A stretch of DNA of 20,000 nt, taken from IMG/VR virus record IMGVR_UViG_3300035643_000181. One strand, 5' to 3'. The notes below the pieces were generated by a model that had not been told where the DNA came from, ran no database searches, and was given only the letters and a program-made list of their open reading frames with translations. The DNA comes from an uncultured virus (IMG/VR IMGVR_UViG_3300035643_000181) (lineage: Duplodnaviria; Heunggongvirae; Uroviricota; Caudoviricetes). A program made the position numbers and the translations under genes. How positions within the stretch are numbered: the first letter of the stretch is position 1; each line of letters begins with the position of its first letter. Below are positions 1-7,064 of this stretch, in pieces.

Positions 1-507
1 ACCACTCCTACGATTATACCCGATGAAAAACTGGGAGTGGGGGCAAGAAAAAATCTGGAGCTGTTGCGTTACCTGGCCAATAAGTGCGGGGATCACTGTT
101 GTGATGCTCATGGTGAGCCAGCTAAGATTGTCGCGGCACAGATACCAGGGGATCCCAGGACAGGCGATATCATTGACGGTTTGTGTGCTTCTGATGAGGG
201 TTATATCTATTTGTCACCTGGTGTACTTACGACCGAGGAATCATCACTTGCCGTCTTCTATCACGAAGAGGGACACTGGGTTGGCGGTATGAATGCTATT
301 GATGGGTCTATGGAACACACGAGAGCGGTGCAGCAGGTTGCCGCTCGCGTTTCCATTATCTTACGTAAAAATTCTGCCGAGATAGGAAGAATACTACAGG
401 AAGGACCGCCAGCTCGCGGTACTATAAAAACCAAGTGGTGCCCGGTATGCGGTGCTGATATGGATGCAGAAGGCAAATGTACCCGGCTGCCTCATAAGTT
501 TAGGTAG
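1..507 (+). CDS. C-terminal part of a zincin-like (HExxH) metallopeptidase-domain protein with terminal CCCH module; 5' truncated by window edge
   Basis: Frame is open from base 1 (TTPTIIPDEKLGVGARKNLE...). IDGLC...YIYLSPGVL...VFYHEEGHW is a typical zincin strand/helix with HExxH. Ends KWCPVCGADMDAEGKCTRLPHKFR. Confidence 0.75.
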   Translation, partial: TTPTIIPDEKLGVGARKNLELLRYLANKCGDHCCDAHGEPAKIVAAQIPGDPRTGDIIDGLCASDEGYIYLSPGVLTTEESSLAVFYHEEGHWVGGMNAIDGSMEHTRAVQQVAARVSIILRKNSAEIGRILQEGPPARGTIKTKWCPVCGADMDAEGKCTRLPHKFR

Positions 508-706
508 TCTCATCATCGACAACGGTTAGCACCATCTCGCTATGCTTATCGATGATGCTGCGTCCTGTTACATAACCCTGGACCAATACGGCAATAAACT
601 CTCCGAGGCTGATGTTCTTGTCGAAGTCTTTCTCAAACAACTCCTTGGCCTGCACCAGCATATAGTGTTGCCTTCGGGAAAGACTCACCGATTTAAAAGT
701 ACTCAT
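500..706 (-). CDS. Ribbon-helix-helix (CopG/MetJ/Arc-like) DNA-binding protein
   Basis: 68 aa. N-terminal strand FKSVSLS, helix RRQHYMLVQAKELF, second helix ISLGEFIAVLVQGY. RBS AAGGAGG just upstream. Confidence 0.6.
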   Translation of the reverse strand: MSTFKSVSLSRRQHYMLVQAKELFEKDFDKNISLGEFIAVLVQGYVTGRSIIDKHSEMVLTVVDDETT

Positions 707-720
707 ATTTCCTCCTTCAA

Positions 721-797
721 ATAGAATATTCTATCTGATTTCTATAGAAAATACCATAGAAAATCTCTTGACAGGATAATATACGGCATGCCAGAAT
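721..797. promoter_or_regulatory. Divergent control region: ATAGAA operator-like palindromes plus a + strand sigma70 promoter
   Basis: Palindromes ATAGAATATTCTAT (721-734) and TTTCTATAGAAA (739-750), extra ATAGAA (756-761); TTGACA (768-773), 18 bp spacer, TGn-CAGAAT (792-797). Confidence 0.6.
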
Positions 798-803
798 TTA
801 GCC

Positions 804-1016
804 ATGGAAAACCCGCTAGGACATTATGCCGAAGCGGTAAGAGCAGAGGAAGGGGGAAATGACGATAGAGCAGCAATGGAGTTAGCGAGGGCTTTCGGAG
901 CTGGTAAGGTAACGAAGCCGATAGCGGATAATGTGAAGCTGCTTACAGATCCCCCGGTAATTTTAGGAGAAGGATTACTGAGGTTGATGGAAAATGGTAC
1001 AAAGCAAAAACGCTAA
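804..1016 (+). CDS. Hypothetical protein (70 aa), probably leaderless
   Basis: ATG 6 nt after the predicted -10 box, no SD; overlaps the next ORF. Confidence 0.65.
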   Translation: MENPLGHYAEAVRAEEGGNDDRAAMELARAFGAGKVTKPIADNVKLLTDPPVILGEGLLRLMENGTKQKR

Positions 1017-1311
1017 ATGTGAATGTGACCTGAGCACCGTTATCCCGATGGCTGAGTGGTTGGAGCAGGAGAAAGATGGTGAGTGCCGGCCGTGCTCCAT
1101 TGCCGCACTGGTTGGAGAATACCAGAAGGCATTAAACAGTAATGGCCAGAAGGATTTGGCCGATCGGTTCACCAGTTTACTGGGGAGTGAGAGCGATGAC
1201 GTTGTTTTAGACATCGCCAAGCTCATGGATGAGGCGAAAAAGTTAGCTCCGGAGCCGGTCAAGGAAACCTTAGTAATGTTAGATTGTATGGCTCAAACGA
1301 GCCAGCAATAA
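994..1311 (+). CDS. Hypothetical helical protein with Cys cluster (CEC...CRPC...C)
   Basis: 105 aa ORF, protein-like composition, co-oriented with neighbours. Confidence 0.7.
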   Translation: MVQSKNAKCECDLSTVIPMAEWLEQEKDGECRPCSIAALVGEYQKALNSNGQKDLADRFTSLLGSESDDVVLDIAKLMDEAKKLAPEPVKETLVMLDCMAQTSQQ

Positions 1312-1337
1312 AAAGGTAAGAAAGGAGGGTACTTAAA

Positions 1338-1583
1338 GTGGCGATCAGTCTGAATTCCATTCGGAGGGGAAAGATCCAGATAAAGGCCCTGCGGACCTTG
1401 CTGGGAATGAGAGGCCATGCTCCCAGTGGATTCAATATCAAGGTGGGGCAGTGCATGAAGGCTGGAGGCTATAGTCCTACGGACGGGGGACGGCACAGTA
1501 AGTCGTTCCAGGCCCACTTTATCCGCTGTTGTGTCCAGGCTGGTGCTAATGTGGGCTCAGTTGGGCGAGCCAAGGCTGCTTAA
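1338..1583 (+). CDS. Small basic Gly/Ala/Arg/Lys-rich protein (possible nucleic-acid-binding or core protein)
   Basis: GTG start after AAGGAGG; 81 aa with only one acidic residue. Confidence 0.7.
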   Translation: MAISLNSIRRGKIQIKALRTLLGMRGHAPSGFNIKVGQCMKAGGYSPTDGGRHSKSFQAHFIRCCVQAGANVGSVGRAKAA

Positions 1584-1632
1584 TAGCACGCTAGCTTAAC
1601 ACAGAGGCTTCCAGAAGACATGTGGTTTCCAA

Positions 1633-1662
1633 TGAAGGCACTACTTTAGGGTAGTGTCTTCA
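1633..1662 (+). other. Intergenic RNA hairpin (terminator-like or processing/stabilising stem)
   Basis: TGAAGGCACTAC-TTTAGG-GTAGTGTCTTCA: 12 bp stem with one G-U pair on the + strand; no clear U tract. Confidence 0.5.
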
Positions 1663-1682
1663 CTAGTATTAAGGAGGTTATC

Positions 1683-2072
1683 ATGGAAAAGTGGTGTATC
1701 GTCTGTGGTGATGATCTTGATGCCCAGGGTCGTTGTCCAAAGGGACATGTGCAATCTTTTCATACTAAGAAGGAAACAACTCTTGGTCTGGGTAAAACTG
1801 GTAAGGCCATCGTGAAACTAATTGAGGCGACTGAATATCTAGCTCAGGCTATGGTATTTGCTTCCTACCAGAATACCGGCGGGGCCGCCATGTTTGTTGG
1901 GAAGGCGAAGGAAATCTTAGGCACCATGGGATTAAGTGAAGAGGATTTGGCGCCTGTAATGGTTCCTCTGGAAAATATCACAAAATCGATGTACTGGGCA
2001 AAGATGCGTGATTCTATCGGCTATGTACTAAACCAGATGGAGCATTATGCTCCCAGGTGGGTAAAGGGATAA
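1683..2072 (+). CDS. Hypothetical protein with N-terminal CCCH module
   Basis: RBS AAGGAGGT; starts MEKWCIVCGDDLDAQGRCPKGH; helical remainder. Confidence 0.8.
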   Translation: MEKWCIVCGDDLDAQGRCPKGHVQSFHTKKETTLGLGKTGKAIVKLIEATEYLAQAMVFASYQNTGGAAMFVGKAKEILGTMGLSEEDLAPVMVPLENITKSMYWAKMRDSIGYVLNQMEHYAPRWVKG

Positions 2073-2080
2073 GAAGTTGG

Positions 2081-2617
2081 ATGGGAAGTCTAAAATCAGA
2101 AACTTGGTGTTCGGTCTGTGGCTCTAACCTTGATAGACAGGGTAAGTGTCCCAAGGGGCATACGGAGGGATTTTACCACGCTAGATTATGGGAGCGTAAT
2201 TACAACATACCTACCACATACGTAAGCTCTCTTGGTTTGGAGTTGGAGATACCGGTAGTCGAAGCAGTGGAAACACTGTGGAAAGAGAGACCTTGGAGTT
2301 CTGGCTTTCATACAAGATTAAACCAACGATGGACGATTGTATTCCAAGGTAACATTAGTAATAAGGCTATGAAGGCTGCAAAGGCTGCTGGCTTACAAGT
2401 TTCCTATAGGGGGGATTTTGGTTTAACCGATGTATCTCTACCAAATGTTGGTGTGTATGAGTTCGAGAAGGCAACAAGTGTTTTTAATAAGTTTGCTGAG
2501 TTATATAAAAGAGAACCTTCTGGCTTTGGTGATAAATGGTGTCCCGTCTGTGCTTCCGACCTAGATACCCACGGTATCTGTATCAATAATCCCGAACATA
2601 GGGCTAATCCTCTTTAA
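2081..2617 (+). CDS. Hypothetical protein with CCCH modules at both termini
   Basis: Likely ATG at 2081 (GTG at 2057 is an alternative). N-terminal WCSVCGSNLDRQGKCPKGH; C-terminal WCPVCASDLDTHGICINNPEH. Confidence 0.8.
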   Translation: MGSLKSETWCSVCGSNLDRQGKCPKGHTEGFYHARLWERNYNIPTTYVSSLGLELEIPVVEAVETLWKERPWSSGFHTRLNQRWTIVFQGNISNKAMKAAKAAGLQVSYRGDFGLTDVSLPNVGVYEFEKATSVFNKFAELYKREPSGFGDKWCPVCASDLDTHGICINNPEHRANPL

Positions 2618-2999
2618 CTAGCATCCCCTTCTTGCACTTCCCGTCTTCCTTGAAGCGAGAACAGGGACACATTTCCTTAGCCCAGGGGCTCCAGGGGCAA
2701 CCCGCAAATTGGATAAACCCCTGGATGGTCTTATTTAAATCCAGATTCGTTTTGACAGAATAGCCGTGTTCATTGGCATAACTGAGTATGTCGGTTTTCA
2801 TTTTAGTCACCTCAGGCGTTTCCGGTTTCTCAGGTAACTCATAGTACAGGTCCCAGAACTCAGCCACCCTGGTCTTCTGTGGTTCAAAATCGAATAACGA
2901 GTCGGCAATAGATTGACTACGCCTCCGGGGAGGAGGCTGGCGTTTTTTCCTCTTGGGTTCCTGATGAGGAATGTGGTAGGTGAGGTTCGGATAATCCAT
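2604..2999 (-). CDS. Hypothetical protein with basic N-terminus and a degenerate ferredoxin:thioredoxin reductase catalytic-subunit-like C-terminus
   Basis: YANEHGYSVK...IQGF...GCPW...CPC...EDGKCKKGMLV resembles the FTR beta layout (CPC...CPC...CxC-LF). Start coupled to the upstream stop (TAATG). Confidence 0.6.
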   Translation of the reverse strand: MDYPNLTYHIPHQEPKRKKRQPPPRRRSQSIADSLFDFEPQKTRVAEFWDLYYELPEKPETPEVTKMKTDILSYANEHGYSVKTNLDLNKTIQGFIQFAGCPWSPWAKEMCPCSRFKEDGKCKKGMLVKED

Positions 3000-3925
3000 T
3001 AACCTGCTGTATGGCTTGGATTCCGGGTGCAGTGACCCTCCTCGTCAAGGTCCGCAGCGCATACTGGGCACCACCCTGGTGCTTTTGTAGTTTGACGAGC
3101 GGCAGACGACTCGAAGAATGTTTTCAGAAACCAGGGTATTATCTTGGGCGCCTGCACCTTCTCGACAGATAGTAACGTGTAGAGGCAGTAAAAATAATGA
3201 TCTATTTCGGCCGCCTTATCCGGTTTTACCTTTAGCTTTTGTTGTTTGGCCGCGGACAAAATGGCAGTCTTCATCTGCGGGAAGTCCTCGCCGACTTCCT
3301 TCCTGGGACTGTAATATATCTCCCAGAATCGAGCGACGGGCGTTTGGGATAACCCCATATCGCCAAAGCCAGTCAACCGGGCAATAAATTCCTCTAAGAA
3401 ACGCCAGTCTTTTGGTAGCGTCTCTTTCTTACCTTTTTTCGATGACACTGCTACCCTGGATGGCTCCGCCTTCACCGGGCTGATTTCACTGAGGGTGAAT
3501 ACCGCCCGGTACTTGGAATAATCCACCCGGGCCTTTTCCAGCTCCGGCATAGTCATATGGGGATATTTGGCTATGATTGACCAGATGTATTCTTGTTTCT
3601 TGGCCGGCGAGATACCCTTGGGGTCTACTATGGTGAAGGAACTAAATCTAGTCGTTTCAGGGAAGTAATCAGGCAGGATATCCTTCTTCTTGGGTTTGGG
3701 CTCTTCTGGCTGTTTGACTGCCTTAGTAGTTTTGGTTACTTCAGTAACTTTAGGAGTTACTGCCGGTTCCTCGTAGCTCATCCAACCACATTGAGCACAG
3801 CTCCAAGCCTTGGAGTGATTGATTCTTTCCTCATGGAAAACACGACCGCCGCATTTCTTGCAGACAGTAGGTTTGCCTATTCCCGGGCTTACTCTTTCGA
3901 AGGATGGTGCTTCTTTCTTAGCCAT
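2999..3925 (-). CDS. Multi-module protein: N-terminal Zn ribbon, Lys/Pro-rich linkers, segment paralogous to the downstream ORF, C-terminal CCCH module
   Basis: CKKCGG...WSCAQCGW; VARFWEIYY...MKTAILS; ends GWCPVCAADLDEEGHCTRNPSHTAG. RBS GGAGG. Confidence 0.8.
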   Translation of the reverse strand: MAKKEAPSFERVSPGIGKPTVCKKCGGRVFHEERINHSKAWSCAQCGWMSYEEPAVTPKVTEVTKTTKAVKQPEEPKPKKKDILPDYFPETTRFSSFTIVDPKGISPAKKQEYIWSIIAKYPHMTMPELEKARVDYSKYRAVFTLSEISPVKAEPSRVAVSSKKGKKETLPKDWRFLEEFIARLTGFGDMGLSQTPVARFWEIYYSPRKEVGEDFPQMKTAILSAAKQQKLKVKPDKAAEIDHYFYCLYTLLSVEKVQAPKIIPWFLKTFFESSAARQTTKAPGWCPVCAADLDEEGHCTRNPSHTAG

Positions 3926-3976
3926 GGTCCCTCCCCGGTAACAAAATCACACCCTCATTCTATTACCGACTTCATA

Positions 3977-4234
3977 TTAGGTCAATACTCTCTTAGCAAA
4001 CCATACCCTAGTCCCTGAGGCGTTACAGCCATGAGAAACCATATAACTTCCTACTAATCCTTTCTCTTGAAGACGACAGCAGGCACGGATTACCTGATTT
4101 ATCCAAGCTCCATGCTTAGGTCTCATTCCGTCTTCATCCCAAGGGTAAATAAAGGAGGCAATAATCCATTCATCAACACCACCTACACCATCACCATTTT
4201 TGCGAATAACTTCAAGGACCTTTTCATCAATCAT
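3977..4234 (-). CDS. Small winged-helix-like protein
   Basis: IDEKVLEVIRK...QVIRACCRLQEKGLVGS...RVWF matches a wHTH pattern. Confidence 0.55.
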   Translation of the reverse strand: MIDEKVLEVIRKNGDGVGGVDEWIIASFIYPWDEDGMRPKHGAWINQVIRACCRLQEKGLVGSYMVSHGCNASGTRVWFAKRVLT

Positions 4235-4260
4235 ATAGCTTCTATTAGAACGGTGCCTTA

Positions 4261-5070
4261 CTAAACGTACAAGAGCCAGGTTTTCCCTGTCTCGGTGTCA
4301 CCCATCATTTTGATATTGGGTGCGATGGTCTGCACTGTCTTGGCCCGCCGCTGCATATCAGCAGTGACCTCGGTTTGCCCATCGGTGGCCACCAGTCCGG
4401 GTGTATATTCAAAATTGCTTGCCTGTGAATTAGTTCCCCGCCAGGCTTTGCTTAATTCCTCAGACCAAAACGACGGTAGGGCGTTTTCCATGATGCCCTG
4501 GAAGTCCGGCTCTTCGCAGTCCACAAATACATACTCTCGTACATCTCCCCCGTTTTTCTTAATTTTCTGGAACTGCCTCTTGGCTGTCTCGAGTAGCGCT
4601 TTCATCACGCTATCTTTTGAGCCGTACTGGATCTGCCGGCGGGATGGTTCTTTAATGAGGATAGGGCCTACTCCGCGCAGTATCCGGGAACCGACGTCGC
4701 GGGAACTGTGAAAGATTAGAATGATTAGTTGGTTACGCTGCCGGCAGAGTGAGGAAAATCCCTTAACTAGCTCCTCGAGCTTGTTTCCGGCGGGAAGCTT
4801 GGTAGTACCTTCATCGATGATAATTACGCTGTCCTCACATTGTTCAACTTCCTCGAGGGACTTTACCTGGAAAGATGCCGGCGGCAGGAGATCAGCTTTG
4901 TCTAGCGGGAGATTAACTACTATTCCGTGGAGATTATATTCCTTGATGGCTAGTTCTGCCAGGTAGTAGGCGTTGGCACTCTTGCCTTTGCCAACGTAGC
5001 CGAGAATAATGATAACCTTCGGTGGTTTGATAATCTCAAGCCACGTGGGTTGCGGTCTCTTTTCCTTCAC
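4261..5070 (-). CDS. P-loop ATPase, Zot/A32/FtsK-HerA-like (possible viral packaging/extrusion ATPase)
   Basis: Walker A GYVGKGKS after VIIIL; Walker B SVIIIDEG; LCRQRNQLIILIFH and SRILR, consistent with Zot/A32-type motifs. Confidence 0.8.
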   Translation of the reverse strand: MKEKRPQPTWLEIIKPPKVIIILGYVGKGKSANAYYLAELAIKEYNLHGIVVNLPLDKADLLPPASFQVKSLEEVEQCEDSVIIIDEGTTKLPAGNKLEELVKGFSSLCRQRNQLIILIFHSSRDVGSRILRGVGPILIKEPSRRQIQYGSKDSVMKALLETAKRQFQKIKKNGGDVREYVFVDCEEPDFQGIMENALPSFWSEELSKAWRGTNSQASNFEYTPGLVATDGQTEVTADMQRRAKTVQTIAPNIKMMGDTETGKTWLLYV

Positions 5071-5076
5071 CCATAT

Positions 5077-5085
5077 AGTATATCA
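5077..5085 (-). promoter_or_regulatory. Extended -10 promoter (TGATATACT) for a leaderless ATPase transcript
   Basis: TGn-TATACT lies 6 nt upstream of the GTG at 5070; no SD. Confidence 0.5.
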
Positions 5086-5087
5086 CC

Positions 5088-5492
5088 TTACCGCTGCTCC
5101 TCGAAGATGCCGGCGCGGACTTCAATTCCCAGTTCCTTGCACGCATCCTCGATGGACTTGAAGGCTGTATCTCTATTGGCCTTTACTTTATCATCCACCT
5201 CACCTCCTACTCCCCACATCTCTCCACAGTATCTCTCCAGCCGGATGATGTCCTTTTCTGAGGCAGACTTGATGGTAGCTATTACCGTGGCATGCTTGAT
5301 ATTCGAGTTCATCGTACTATCTCGGTACAAACAGGTCAGCCGTAGGATCTGGCCAAGGCCACGACGGATTGCGGCCATTAAAGACTTTTTCTCTTCCTGG
5401 TTTAAGTCAGGATCGGGATTGGGGATTGCTATAGGAAATTCCTTTTTTAGCTCCTCAACGAACTCGTCAACCTGGTTGAACTTGATTATCAT
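5088..5492 (-). CDS. Phage-type hypothetical protein
   Basis: 134 aa; RBS GAGGAGG; overlaps the upstream ORF. Confidence 0.75.
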   Translation of the reverse strand: MIIKFNQVDEFVEELKKEFPIAIPNPDPDLNQEEKKSLMAAIRRGLGQILRLTCLYRDSTMNSNIKHATVIATIKSASEKDIIRLERYCGEMWGVGGEVDDKVKANRDTAFKSIEDACKELGIEVRAGIFEEQR

Positions 5493-5772
5493 TTCTACCC
5501 TCCTCTTTGTTTGTCCTCTCTACTTTAACAATTCTGCGAAAAAGACCAAACGGATGCTGCCATTTTGATAATGTGAGACGGTATGGGTTTTCATTATTCA
5601 ACGGCATACCACAACAATCGCACCAGTATAATTGACAATGAGAACACCAGATTTGGCCAACCCAAAAGATACCTTTCTTTAATCCACGAGGACTGCGTAG
5701 GTGTAAACTAGCTAATAGTATCCTATTACATTGAGGGCATCCAGATAGAAACCAATTAGTTATTTTATTCAT
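5467..5772 (-). CDS. Cys-rich (three CxxC) Zn-finger hypothetical protein
   Basis: ATG 5772 behind AGGAGG; CPQC, CSHC, CDCC. Confidence 0.6.
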   Translation of the reverse strand: MNKITNWFLSGCPQCNRILLASLHLRSPRGLKKGIFWVGQIWCSHCQLYWCDCCGMPLNNENPYRLTLSKWQHPFGLFRRIVKVERTNKEEGRNDNQVQPG

Positions 5773-5887
5773 GGTTCGTCCTATCCTCCTTAAAAAGTTT
5801 TCCTTGTTCAATATAGGCTGTCTCACCCTTTGTGAAGCCGTGCTGCTCAAGTAAGCCGGTCACACCCTAACGTCTAATACTCATTAT

Positions 5888-6157
5888 TCATTCTCCTTTT
5901 AGTGGCGACTCCGTTTCTTGACACTTCAGAACTTCTTGACCAAATATCTTCTTGAAATCCAAAGGGCTAGCAACGTACCTTTTTCTTTGTACCTTGCCTT
6001 TAACAAGTAGGCTTACATATGGGTAATTTAAATCATTGTGGCCTACTACCTCCCATATTTGCCCGTTGTAGCCCTCATATCTCAGTCCAATCTTTGGTGG
6101 TGTAGGGTAAATTTTTTGATTAACCCGCTGAAAGGCACTGGAAATCCCATTACTCAT
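5888..6157 (-). CDS. Hypothetical protein (beta-rich, SH3-like), 89 aa
   Basis: Start reassigned to ATG 6157 behind GGAGGA. The longer ORF-track start overlaps the upstream gene. Confidence 0.6.
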   Translation of the reverse strand: MSNGISSAFQRVNQKIYPTPPKIGLRYEGYNGQIWEVVGHNDLNYPYVSLLVKGKVQRKRYVASPLDFKKIFGQEVLKCQETESPLKGE

Positions 6158-6188
6158 TTCGTCGTTCCTCCTTTCTTTCTTGCATACC

Positions 6189-6713
6189 CTATTTCCTCCA
6201 GGGATTGTGAAGTTTAAGGTAACAAGAGCAGCATGTTTTACTAGTAGACTTAATAGAGGTTCCACAATCTTTACACACTCCACGATGTCGAATTCTCCAC
6301 TGTCGACTATATTCAATCTTATGCTGATGTCTCTCTTCCTCTGTCAGATGTGAGCGTCCCTTGGGTGGTCTATGGATTCTTTGTTGCTCTATTTGGCAGG
6401 CTATACACCAAGATTGTAAACGATCGCTACCATCCTTGTTTTTAACTCCCATTCGGCAGTAAAATTCTGTGTCGCTTGGCCACCATTCTTGACAATGAGG
6501 ACAGTATCGCCCCCTGTCTCCATCTTCGTTAATACGTTCCTTTTGGCTTCTTCTTTGAGCTCTGCCTTCTTTATCTGCCAGGTGATATATCTGTGATAGA
6601 ACTTGTTGTGTTCGAAGTTCTAATATATCGGCTATTTCTTGAGCAGAAGCAAGGTTATGTTGATATTTAGACCTCAGTATTTCATATTCCTCTTCAGTCC
6701 ATCTATGTACCAT
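6189..6713 (-). CDS. HTH (Myb-like WT..E) plus Zn-ribbon DNA-binding protein
   Basis: RWTEEEYEILR...IADILELRTQQV; CPHC...SWCIAC and CKDC...CCSC Zn motifs typical of phage regulators and HNH-associated domains. Confidence 0.7.
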   Translation of the reverse strand: MVHRWTEEEYEILRSKYQHNLASAQEIADILELRTQQVLSQIYHLADKEGRAQRRSQKERINEDGDRGRYCPHCQEWWPSDTEFYCRMGVKNKDGSDRLQSWCIACQIEQQRIHRPPKGRSHLTEEERHQHKIEYSRQWRIRHRGVCKDCGTSIKSTSKTCCSCYLKLHNPWRK

Positions 6714-6722
6714 CTCTTCTTG

Positions 6723-7055
6723 TTACTCCTGCATAACCGATATTTGCCAGCTACCAAGCCACGGCTCAAAGATATTCTCTCCATAAGAAGACCACTTGGG
6801 GTCAAGGTCTTCGAGCCTGACTTTACACGTAGGTTTTCCACCGAGCATATCTATGGAGACATGGGTTAGTTTTGCTAACCACGCCTTACCGAAAGAGCCG
6901 CCCCCAGTTAGCAGAACGGTTTCTCCTATGTGCTTGCGACATTCTTCAAACCACTCCCGCGCCTTAATTTGCGTCTGGTCAAATCCCCAGTTGCAATCCC
7001 CCAGTTGGCCATAACCGGCGATTTTGACCCAATGCTTTTCTACTTTCTCTGCCAT
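6723..7055 (-). CDS. Hypothetical protein
   Basis: 110 aa; RBS TAGGAGG. Confidence 0.75.
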   Translation of the reverse strand: MAEKVEKHWVKIAGYGQLGDCNWGFDQTQIKAREWFEECRKHIGETVLLTGGGSFGKAWLAKLTHVSIDMLGGKPTCKVRLEDLDPKWSSYGENIFEPWLGSWQISVMQE

Positions 7056-7064
7056 AGTGTCCTC

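Noticed and set aside
433..3073. CCCH copies as a DGR template/variable repeat set, CRISPR array or DNA repeat
   Set aside because: Differences are not adenine-specific and are often synonymous, spacing is irregular, and no reverse transcriptase or cas gene is in the window.
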